DNA from: Chitinispirillaceae bacterium
Lineage (GTDB): Bacteria; Fibrobacterota; Chitinivibrionia; Chitinivibrionales; Chitinispirillaceae
DNA length: 39,914 nucleotides
Direction: 5' to 3'
NCBI GenBank assembly: GCA_035382965.1
Contig: DAOTAZ010000001.1
Coordinates: 1 to 39,914 of the forward strand
In this document: one piece after another, positions 18,344 to 26,194 of the stretch
Position numbering within the stretch: position 1 is the first letter of the stretch
Layout of the letters: every line of letters starts with the position of its first letter
Notes under the pieces: generated by a model
Database searches by the model: none
What the model saw: only the letters and a program-made list of their open reading frames with translations
Told to the model about the DNA's origin: nothing
Translations under genes and position numbers: made by a program

Positions 18344-20438
18344 TGCTTATCTTTCCCTCTATAGTCTTTCTGAGTTTCTTATCAACTGTTCTGGCCAGCG
18401 CTTTTTCCCAGTGTTCAACAGCGAGATCCTTGAACCCTCTGTACCGCATATAAATATCTCCAATGATATGATCCGGTTCAGGGTTTTCGGGATTTTTCTG
18501 GCTGGCTATTTTCAGTGCATAGATTGCATCTTCGTAGTTTTGTGCTCCCTTATTTACTATAAGATCGTACATGCACATTCCTGTGCCCAGATATCCCTCC
18601 GGGTAATCAGGAAAATCCCTGATAAGGAACTGGTATTTCATTACCGCAACTTCGTACCATCCAAGCTTCCTGTATATCCCGGCAAGTCTGGCAGTCATTT
18701 CTTTGTTGCCGGGCAGATGCTCAAGATATGCTTCCATGTGTCTGGCCGCATCCTGGTATCGGTTCTGCGCAAGGAGAATGCGAACAAGGCCGTTTAAAGC
18801 CTCTTCGTGATATGGCGATAGGTCAAGCACCTTTGTGTAACACTGCTCAGCGTTCTCATACTTTCGAATTTTTTCCGCTATAACAGCCTGCTTCAGGAGA
18901 ATATCTATCCTGCCCGGAGCATATGACAGAAGCTCATCGAAATATTCATAGGCTTTCTTCAAATTGCCTTTTAATAAATACGCACCCGCAAGATTGTAAA
19001 TGACAGAAGTATTCTTTGTTCCGTTTTTATAGGCACGCCTGTAAGCAGCGATTGCTTTCTGTGGATTTTTCTCCAGGTAAAAAACATTTCCCGCATTGTT
19101 AAGAGCTGACTGGCTCAGAGATGAGTTGGAAGATGCTTCCATAAAGAGCTTCCGGGCTTCTTCCTTTTTTCCCAGATGATAATAAACCACTCCCAGATTG
19201 ACAAGAATGTCATTTAGCTTCGGGTTTGCCTCACGGGCTTTCTGCAGCAATTGTGCGGCTCTGTCAAACCAGGTTAACTTGAAGTAGGTATGGGCCAGAT
19301 CAACCATTATGGTGGGGTTTTCAGGATCGATGGAGAGTGCGGACTCCAGCACCATCGATGATTCCATCAGGCGACCACTGTTACGATATGCTGCTCCCAG
19401 AGAGGAATAGTAATGAAGATATTCGGGTCTGACCTTTATCAGCCTGTTAAAAAACTCCACTGCCATGGTATATTCACCTGCGGCAAGATAAGCCCTGCCA
19501 AGAGAGAACTCGACACTAAGATCAGACGGTGCAGATGCAACTGCTTTGGTCAGAGATGCAACTGCTCTCTGGGTTTCACCCTGAGAGAGATAGAAATTTC
19601 CGATTGCTTTGAGACCTGCAGCAGTTTTCTCAAGATTTTTCCGATGCTGGGCAACAAATTGTGAAGCTTCAGGTAACAGATCCGAATCCACAAGCGAATT
19701 TGCCGCATCGGCGATAATAAAGGGATCATGAGGTGAAAATTTCACTGCACGTCGATACCACTCTCTTGCATTTATAAAATCTGCGGTCCTCATGCTCAAC
19801 GATGCCATGCGGCACCATGCAGAACCAAATTCAGGCTCGATCTCTACAGCCCTTGAAAAAGCGCTCATCGCTGCATCAAAGTTCTTTCTCATCTCAAAAC
19901 CATACCCGGCAAGATAGGTCTGAAAGGCGGGTGCAGTGATCTTGTTTCTTGCCAGTACTCTTGAAGAGTCCTCCCCGGAAAGATTGATCTTCAATAGAGA
20001 AGCGCACTTTAAAACCAGATCTGGTATGTAAACATGGAAATCTTTCAGCCCGGCAGAAATTCTGGTATCCATTTTCAGCGGTTCGTCTTTGCCTGTAGCC
20101 CAGATTATCCTGGAGCTGAGGAAAACCGAGTCATCTCTGACGAGATAATTGCCGCCAATAAGCACATCCCAGCCCCACCTGTTCCTGTGCGCAGTAATAA
20201 GACTATCGGAGTCTAGCTCGTATCCTGTTGAATCAACCTGAAAAAGATAGAGCGGATCCCATATCTGCAAACCGCTCTTCTGGCCCATTTTATTGAAGAA
20301 TGCTTCAGGGAAAGCAGATCCTATCCAGTCATAAAGCGGTAAATCTGTTTGATTTTTAAATGGAAATACAGCAATGCTCAATTGTGCAGCAGAGGCAAGT
20401 TGGAGAAAAGATAACAGTAGAAGAGCCGTTCGCTTCAT
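18330..20438 (-). CDS. Secreted TPR-repeat protein with N-terminal TolB-N/LpoB-like domain
   Basis: 702 aa with signal peptide MKRTALLLLSFLQLASA/AQ. The IAVFPFKNQTD motif is typical of the small N-terminal domain often fused to TPR arrays. About 12 canonical TPR units follow (AVEIEPEFGSAWCRMASL, LIKVRPEYLHYYSSLGAAY, ALSIDPENPTIMVDLAHTY, AREANPKLNDILVNLGVVYY, VLDLSPYHEEALNGL). Confidence 0.85.
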   Translation of the reverse strand: MKRTALLLLSFLQLASAAQLSIAVFPFKNQTDLPLYDWIGSAFPEAFFNKMGQKSGLQIWDPLYLFQVDSTGYELDSDSLITAHRNRWGWDVLIGGNYLVRDDSVFLSSRIIWATGKDEPLKMDTRISAGLKDFHVYIPDLVLKCASLLKINLSGEDSSRVLARNKITAPAFQTYLAGYGFEMRKNFDAAMSAFSRAVEIEPEFGSAWCRMASLSMRTADFINAREWYRRAVKFSPHDPFIIADAANSLVDSDLLPEASQFVAQHRKNLEKTAAGLKAIGNFYLSQGETQRAVASLTKAVASAPSDLSVEFSLGRAYLAAGEYTMAVEFFNRLIKVRPEYLHYYSSLGAAYRNSGRLMESSMVLESALSIDPENPTIMVDLAHTYFKLTWFDRAAQLLQKAREANPKLNDILVNLGVVYYHLGKKEEARKLFMEASSNSSLSQSALNNAGNVFYLEKNPQKAIAAYRRAYKNGTKNTSVIYNLAGAYLLKGNLKKAYEYFDELLSYAPGRIDILLKQAVIAEKIRKYENAEQCYTKVLDLSPYHEEALNGLVRILLAQNRYQDAARHMEAYLEHLPGNKEMTARLAGIYRKLGWYEVAVMKYQFLIRDFPDYPEGYLGTGMCMYDLIVNKGAQNYEDAIYALKIASQKNPENPEPDHIIGDIYMRYRGFKDLAVEHWEKALARTVDKKLRKTIEGKISSARK

Positions 20439-20631
20439 TTTAAGGATAGGCCCGCCCGCACCTTAATGACCCGATTATTTAAATCAAAAATTATATAAAT
20501 AATATGTAATAATAAGTTAATGACCATCATGTAACAAGGTTTTTCCGGAAAAAAGGCGCTGTTTCAGTTAAGTTACAGTTATTAGATAAAGTAAATTAAT
20601 TACATTCCAGAGAGCTGTTTTGGCAATCAGA

Positions 20632-20660
20632 TTGACCTGTTGACAGTAAAATAGTATTTT
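20632..20660 (+). promoter_or_regulatory. Candidate sigma70-type promoter for rpsT
   Basis: TTGACC (20632-20637), a 17-nt spacer, then TATTTT (20655-20660). It lies about 50 nt upstream of the rpsT ATG. Pattern match only. Confidence 0.25.
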
Positions 20661-20709
20661 TTGTGTTTTGTCCAAGAGATTATACTCACAATTTTAAGGA
20701 GAGATTTTC

Positions 20710-20967
20710 ATGCAGCGACATAAGTCTGTAGAGAAGCGTGCCCGTAAAAACGTAGTAGAGAATCAGATAAATCGTCAGGGACGGTCACGTATTAAAACTG
20801 CTGTTAATAAAGTTTTAAACTCCAAGGACAAGAAAAGCGCCCAGGAGGCCCTGAAAAATGCCGTTTCAGTTCTGGATAAAAGTGTCAAAAGCGGCCTGAT
20901 TCATAAAAATAAAGCAGCTAACAAGAAATCTACTCTTTCCAAAATAGTAAACAAACTGGAAAAATAG
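20710..20967 (+). CDS. rpsT: 30S ribosomal protein S20
   Basis: 85 aa, basic. HKSVEKRARKN at the N-terminus and GLIHKNKAANKKS near the C-terminus are S20 hallmarks. RBS AAGGAGAG lies 6-7 nt upstream. Confidence 0.9.
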   Translation: MQRHKSVEKRARKNVVENQINRQGRSRIKTAVNKVLNSKDKKSAQEALKNAVSVLDKSVKSGLIHKNKAANKKSTLSKIVNKLEK

Positions 20968-20976
20968 CTAAAGCAA

Positions 20977-21005
20977 AGCAGCGCCATCCCAGGAACGGTG
21001 CTGCT
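20977..21005 (+). terminator. Hairpin downstream of rpsT
   Basis: AGCAGCGCC (20977-20985) pairs with GGTGCTGCT (20997-21005): 9 bp with one G:U and an 11-nt loop, starting 10 nt after the TAG. No immediate U-tract. Confidence 0.3.
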
Positions 21006-21112
21006 GCTCTGTTCACCCTGCTTTCGGTTCATTGCTGCAAATAGTAATTTTTATTTTTTGATTTCACGCAGCCTGGTGTGGTGATTATAGTTCAGTAACC
21101 GAGAGAATATCC

Positions 21113-23230
21113 GTGCGCCTTTCTGGTCTAAAATTTCTCTTTTTTTTCTCTTTCATTACAGCAGCAACCGCTTCTCCTCTGAATCTATTCTGGACTGACC
21201 AGATCAATTCAGCTATACAGGAGAGAGATTCATATTTCTCGGCAATGGGGGTCATTTCAGAGAACAGCCGCAGAAGTATCGATGATGAGCAGAGTAAAAT
21301 CAGACTATCCGGCCTTCTGGACTCCTCACCCGCATATAACAATCCCTGGTTCAATCTGTTAAAAGGCATTTCAACTCTTGATACAGTCGGCGGAGTGAAA
21401 GAATACTCTTTTAATCGTGCTCTGTCTCTTGCACAAAAGGACCCCGGAACAACCTGGGTACTTTTTGTGGAGTTTACCAGATATAAGCAGGATGTGTGGG
21501 CAGAAAAAAGTATCATACAGCTTGAGAGGCAACTGTTTGAATCCGGCGCACGCTCCTCACGGATAATCTCCAGCCTGTTGCTCAATTACGGGATTCTTGC
21601 GGAAAAGGAAAAAAACACCGTTAAAGCTCTGAAATATTATGAATGGGCAAAACGGTTTGATCCTCTGGACGGAGCTCCGTATCTTCGCAGTATCCTCCTT
21701 TATTTCCCTTTTTCCTTAAATGGTCTAAAGGAGGAACTCGGTGGTTTTCTCTACACACTCAGGAATTCATGGACTGAGCAAATTGAGTTTTTCAGCACTG
21801 GTTATAACTGGTTCAGATGCGTAATTCTGTTTTTTATACTTTCAGTTTTTATAACACTGATTATAAAGTACTTTCCTTTCTCGCTCCATAATATCGCTGA
21901 TCTCTTCCCTACCAGCGTATCACTAACTCTAAGGACAATCCTTGCTTCTGCATGTGTCATCTCGCTCTCCTCCTTTGGAATCCTGCCTTTCCTGTGGGTA
22001 TCGGCATACCTTATGTGGCACTTTCTTAACATTAAGGAAAGAGTTCTGCTGGCTGTAGCACTCATTTTTCTGATTCTTGCTCCTTTGGATACTTATCTTC
22101 AAAGTATGTTCAGCGAGGCATTGAACCCGGAAAGCAGTGTACAGATGCTCTCGAAAGCGGTAAATGAAGGGTATTCCGATGCACTTTATAAAGAGGTAAT
22201 CCGCAGAAGCAGTGAAAATCCAACAGACTTTCTTTCTCCCCTGAGTGCAGCTATCTATGAAATAAAGAGAAATGATTACTCTTCAGCCAGGCAGAATATT
22301 CAGAATAGTACTGCTTTACGTCAGGACGATCCGGTTGTTCTGATATCTGCCGGAAATCTCTCCTACCTTGAGGGAGACCTGGATAAGGCAAAGACATACT
22401 TTAAAAGGGCTCTCGAGCATGACAAGGGATTTGTGAGTGCCAGATTCAATCTGGCCCAGTGCTATCTTAGAAAAATGGAAACCATCACCGGTACGGAAAT
22501 GCTCAATGACGCCGCAGAGAGAGATCCGACGCGGGTCAATTCTTTTGTCCACAAAAATGACACTTATTTTTCTACAAACTGGCCTGCTTTGCGTCAGGTT
22601 ATGTTCTCAGATTACTCTCCCATTTATTTCTGGACCAGCATTTTCCCCTTCTATACCGGTAGCTGGAGTGATGCAGGGAGTCTCTGGGGAACAAAGTTTC
22701 TCGGATTATCTCCTCTGGTTTCAATCATTGTTTCCGTAATTTTGTTTATTTTCCTTTTCATAATCCACAGCAGAGAAACAAGCCACAGTAAAGTGAGGAG
22801 ATTTTTCGAGTGTAAGTATTGCGGCAGAATAATCTGCCGCAAATGCAAATCGGGCCTGCTATGCAACTCCTGCTTTGAGAAAACCAGGTTTATCAGAAAT
22901 GAGAATAAACTGATAAAAAAGCAGCATACCATCTCCAACAGATTCCGCCTTGCGGCAATGATTAAGAAAGAGATTCTGGAGATTATATTCCCGGGTGCAG
23001 GGAGCATGCTTGATGGGCAGAAGCCTTTCTTTCTTGTCATTATCTTTTTGCTGGTAACAAGTTTTGTGTATGCGTCCTATGCAGCTCTTTTATTCAACAA
23101 TCAGGTTTCATCGGCAATAGTATTCCTGTTGGTCATTCTTTTTGCATATAACTTTTTATTTCTCTACAGTGGGAGTGTGAAAATTGTACGGTTTTTCCGA
23201 GAGTATTTTAAGATGCAAAAATCTGCATAA
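21113..23230 (+). CDS. Polytopic membrane protein with TPR repeats and an embedded Cys-rich zinc-ribbon
   Basis: 705 aa with a GTG start and signal-like N-terminus MRLSGLKFLFFFSFITAATA/SP. TPR-like units are KALKYYEWAKRFDP and GDLDKAKTYFKRALEHDKGFVSARFNLAQCY. Several long hydrophobic segments are present. The Cys cluster is CKYCGRIICRKCKSGLLCNSC. Confidence 0.75.
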   Translation: MRLSGLKFLFFFSFITAATASPLNLFWTDQINSAIQERDSYFSAMGVISENSRRSIDDEQSKIRLSGLLDSSPAYNNPWFNLLKGISTLDTVGGVKEYSFNRALSLAQKDPGTTWVLFVEFTRYKQDVWAEKSIIQLERQLFESGARSSRIISSLLLNYGILAEKEKNTVKALKYYEWAKRFDPLDGAPYLRSILLYFPFSLNGLKEELGGFLYTLRNSWTEQIEFFSTGYNWFRCVILFFILSVFITLIIKYFPFSLHNIADLFPTSVSLTLRTILASACVISLSSFGILPFLWVSAYLMWHFLNIKERVLLAVALIFLILAPLDTYLQSMFSEALNPESSVQMLSKAVNEGYSDALYKEVIRRSSENPTDFLSPLSAAIYEIKRNDYSSARQNIQNSTALRQDDPVVLISAGNLSYLEGDLDKAKTYFKRALEHDKGFVSARFNLAQCYLRKMETITGTEMLNDAAERDPTRVNSFVHKNDTYFSTNWPALRQVMFSDYSPIYFWTSIFPFYTGSWSDAGSLWGTKFLGLSPLVSIIVSVILFIFLFIIHSRETSHSKVRRFFECKYCGRIICRKCKSGLLCNSCFEKTRFIRNENKLIKKQHTISNRFRLAAMIKKEILEIIFPGAGSMLDGQKPFFLVIIFLLVTSFVYASYAALLFNNQVSSAIVFLLVILFAYNFLFLYSGSVKIVRFFREYFKMQKSA

Positions 23231-23242
23231 AAGGAGGAACTG

Positions 23243-24322
23243 TTGGTATTAAGCGGCACCCTGCGGGAGTTTATTCTTGCTGATGTGTTCCAGTTACTCA
23301 CTCAGCAGAAAATCACAGGAAAGCTGATTTTGAATAATGGACGAAGCGAAGGCTTTGTCATTTTTCAAAACGGACTGGTAGTTGCTGCCCAAAAAGATGA
23401 CGAAAAATTTCTCTCTAAACTCTACAATTACCTCATCAGTGTAAAAAAACTCAGTTCTTCAAAAATACGGGCACTTTTTGCAGCATTTGAAGGTGACATC
23501 AGCGGATTAACAAATGAGGTTGCTGCCATGGGCCTCATTCCCAAACATGACCTGAACATGTTTGCAGAATCCACCACGATGGATATCGCCTGCAGCCTTT
23601 TTCTATGGAAAACTGGAACCTACCGTTTTAATTCCATTACCAATGTAGACTCTCTGGTTCCCGCAGAAATCTCCATTCCGGTAGAGAATATAGTAATGGA
23701 AGCGATGAGAAGAGTGGATGAATGGAACAGGATGCTTCAATGCATCTCTGAGCAGTCAATATTTGTCCGGAGCCAGAAGAGTGCAAATGATCTGATGCAG
23801 GAAATCGACCCTCTCTCCGACCCGGACAATTACATTTTGATGCGAATTGACGGTACATCACCTGTCAAGGATCTCTTAAGCAGCCTCTGCCTCAGCGAAT
23901 ACAAAATCTACGAATCATTGTACAATCTCTTACAAAACAAGAGAATTACGGTTCTTTCCGACCGTATTTCCCAATCCGTACAGGCAGCTCTTCACAAGAA
24001 AGAGCGCGAACATTCCACTTCACGATTCTACACACTTTTTTCAATTCTGACAGCTCTGGGAATCATCTTGCTTATACTCTTTATGGCCCTTGTGGTCTTT
24101 AAAAAAGTAATAGTCCCGGATACGGCCACCGATGCCCATCAAAGCAGAATCGAGTTACCCTCTGCATTGGCAAAAGAAAAGGTTTCCATTGCAAAAATCT
24201 ACTACAGAGCCAAATACAGCACGGAACCACAGAGTTCGGAAGAACTGAAGGAATTCAGATTATTATCAGACAGGGATTTATCCCATTATCTGATCAATTC
24301 AGATTCTGAACAGAAAAAGTGA
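23243..24322 (+). CDS. DUF4388 (PATAN-like) domain protein with C-terminal transmembrane anchor
   Basis: 359 aa. TTG start 5 nt after a perfect AAGGAGG and 12 nt after the upstream stop. The N-terminus LSGTLREFILADVFQLLTQQKITGKLILNNGRSEGFVIFQNGLVVAAQ fits the DUF4388 consensus as I recall it. The TM helix is FYTLFSILTALGIILLILFMALVVF. Confidence 0.8.
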   Translation: MVLSGTLREFILADVFQLLTQQKITGKLILNNGRSEGFVIFQNGLVVAAQKDDEKFLSKLYNYLISVKKLSSSKIRALFAAFEGDISGLTNEVAAMGLIPKHDLNMFAESTTMDIACSLFLWKTGTYRFNSITNVDSLVPAEISIPVENIVMEAMRRVDEWNRMLQCISEQSIFVRSQKSANDLMQEIDPLSDPDNYILMRIDGTSPVKDLLSSLCLSEYKIYESLYNLLQNKRITVLSDRISQSVQAALHKKEREHSTSRFYTLFSILTALGIILLILFMALVVFKKVIVPDTATDAHQSRIELPSALAKEKVSIAKIYYRAKYSTEPQSSEELKEFRLLSDRDLSHYLINSDSEQKK

Positions 24323-24380
24323 AATCTTGCATGGAAAATTGTTATACTTAATTATATTAATTGCAAGGTAAAGCTCCTTC

Positions 24381-24409
24381 TTGCAAAAACTCAATATCAG
24401 AACTATATT
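24381..24409 (+). promoter_or_regulatory. Candidate sigma70-type promoter for mglA-mglB
   Basis: TTGCAA (24381-24386), an exact 17-nt spacer, then TATATT (24404-24409). It lies about 65 nt upstream of the mglA ATG, inside a 153-nt gap. Confidence 0.35.
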
Positions 24410-24475
24410 AATTCTGGTAAAGAGGAATCTCCTACCGGAGCAATTTGGCCATTGATTTAAACAGAAGGACAATTC

Positions 24476-26194
24476 ATGGCATCAATTAATTATGCGGCTA
24501 GGGAAATCAGTGTAAAAGTCGTGTATTATGGCCCTGGTTTGAGTGGTAAAACTACCAATCTACAAGTCATACACAAAAAAGTCCCCCCTGAGTTCAAGAG
24601 CGACATGGTCTCTCTGGCTACGGAAACAGATCGTACCCTGTTTTTTGATTTCCTGCCTCTGGACCTTGGGAAAATCAAAGGCTTTGCCACAAAATTCCAG
24701 CTCTATACCGTACCAGGGCAGGTTTACTACAATGCTACCCGTAAACTGGTTCTCCGCGGTGTTGACGGAGTAGTGTTTGTGGCTGATTCATCTCCGGATA
24801 AGATTCAGGAAAACCTGGAGAGCTTTCAGAACCTCGAAGACAACCTGGCAGAATACGGATATAAGCGTGAGAACATTCCAATACTCATCCAGTATAATAA
24901 AAGGGATCTCCCGAATGCTCTTCCTGTTGAAGAACTGCAGAAGCTCATAAATAAATACAACCTTCCATGGAATGAGGCTGTAGCCAACAAGGGAATAGGT
25001 GTTTTCGACTCCCTTAAGTTAATCGGAAAAATCGTTATAGACTATCTCAATAAAAAGTACTCTCGTCAGTCACCCCGTTCTGCAGCGCCTCAGGCCCCAT
25101 CGCCTCAACAGGCAAATCCCGGCCCTGCGCCAAGGCAATTTGCTCAGTCGCAGCAGTTCGGACAAGTCAATGCAGGGTTCAGCCAGCCGCAGATGCCCAG
25201 ACCTGCGCAGCCAAGAGCACCACAGCAGGCACCAAGGCAATACCCCGGTGTTTCACAGCAAATGCCACCAAAGCAGACACCACAATTTCCGCGGATGCCG
25301 CAGCAACCCAATATGCAGAATCCATCTCAGAGTCGGCAGCAGATGATCAATCGTCCTTTTACTCCTCCGGTTACAAATACACCGCCGAAGAGTTCTGCCG
25401 CCGACGATCACTATATTGACACTTTTGAACCAGCACCTCAGAATAATCCCGTCCCGCCTCAGGCCAGTGCCGATTCCGGTTATTACAACTATGGCAACAT
25501 CCAGTTGCAGGAAATGGACGAACCACAATTTGAGGCTCAGAATCTTAAAGATCAAAATCAGGATCCCTCATTTTATTCTCAGAATCAACAGGCGGGTTTT
25601 TCCGGAGCGGAGCCTGCTCAGGGACAATTTGAAGTCAGTGACAAAACCGATCTGGATCTGGAAATAGAAAAGTACCAGCGTGAGATAGAGGAAAAACAGC
25701 GCCGTATGCGCCAGTCAAAGCAATCTCCGCAGAATCATCAGTACCAGGCACCACAGCAGCAGTATCAGCAGCCTGCTCAGTACCAGCAGTTCCAGCAACC
25801 CGGGCAACAATTTCAGCAGAGACAGCAGTTTCAGCCGCCTCAGCAACAGTACAATCAGCAGGCACAGCAGTTTCAGCAGCCTTCTGCCCCCAGGCAGAAC
25901 ATGCAAAATCCAGCTTTCGGTGGAACACAGCAGCAACAGCCTTTTGCTCCATCTCAGAGTGCTGATGAAAACGATTACGATGTTTACAATCTGGAAGTTT
26001 CATCATATCCTGAGCAGAACCAGACACCTGCAAGGCAGGCCCCGGTACAATCTGATGATGGGGATGAGGATATGTTTTTTACATCGGTAGATACTGATCG
26101 TCAGAAAAAACCGATGAGGAAACCAATCAATCCCCGCACAAAGCAGCAGAAGGGTTTCCTTTCAAAATTCTTTAATAACAGGGATACTCTCTGA
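24476..26194 (+). CDS. mglA: MglA-family Ras-like small GTPase fused to a long Gln/Pro-rich C-terminal extension
   Basis: Residues 1-195 are nearly collinear with M. xanthus MglA as I recall it: INYAAREISVKVVYYGPGLSGKTTNL, TETDRTLFFDFLP (Arg at position 53 by direct count), LYTVPGQVYY (Gln at 82), GVDGVVFVADS, QYNKRDLPNA. Residues ~197-572 are low-complexity Q/P-rich and in the same frame with no stop. Confidence 0.9.
   Translation: MASINYAAREISVKVVYYGPGLSGKTTNLQVIHKKVPPEFKSDMVSLATETDRTLFFDFLPLDLGKIKGFATKFQLYTVPGQVYYNATRKLVLRGVDGVVFVADSSPDKIQENLESFQNLEDNLAEYGYKRENIPILIQYNKRDLPNALPVEELQKLINKYNLPWNEAVANKGIGVFDSLKLIGKIVIDYLNKKYSRQSPRSAAPQAPSPQQANPGPAPRQFAQSQQFGQVNAGFSQPQMPRPAQPRAPQQAPRQYPGVSQQMPPKQTPQFPRMPQQPNMQNPSQSRQQMINRPFTPPVTNTPPKSSAADDHYIDTFEPAPQNNPVPPQASADSGYYNYGNIQLQEMDEPQFEAQNLKDQNQDPSFYSQNQQAGFSGAEPAQGQFEVSDKTDLDLEIEKYQREIEEKQRRMRQSKQSPQNHQYQAPQQQYQQPAQYQQFQQPGQQFQQRQQFQPPQQQYNQQAQQFQQPSAPRQNMQNPAFGGTQQQQPFAPSQSADENDYDVYNLEVSSYPEQNQTPARQAPVQSDDGDEDMFFTSVDTDRQKKPMRKPINPRTKQQKGFLSKFFNNRDTL

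Noticed and set aside
20463-20525. 9-bp direct repeat TTAATGACC x2 treated as a firm regulatory element
   Set aside because: My rough estimate is that a repeated 9-mer in an AT-rich 270-bp region is not far from chance. I kept it only as a minor note within the intergenic-region finding.
21085-21585. 166-aa minus-strand ORF overlapping the start of the TPR membrane gene
   Set aside because: It lies almost entirely antisense to a 705-aa ORF that has a signal peptide and TPR/TM features. Its composition is not protein-like and there is no RBS.
25635-26033. Minus-strand ORFs of 132 aa (25635-26033) and 73 aa (25715-25936), plus the plus-strand alternative-frame ORFs 25140-25346 and 25416-25667, inside the mglA tail
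   Set aside because: They are by-products of the CAG/CAA-rich coding repeat. The opposite strand reads CTG/TTG (Leu/Ala/Cys-rich junk) and naturally lacks stops. The MglA frame is continuous with a well-supported G domain.
25064-26191. Possible tandem DNA repeat, CRISPR-like array or microsatellite in the CAG-rich stretch
   Set aside because: The repeats are short, imperfect and codon-phased (Q/P codons). There is no repeat-spacer periodicity, so this is coding low complexity and not an array.
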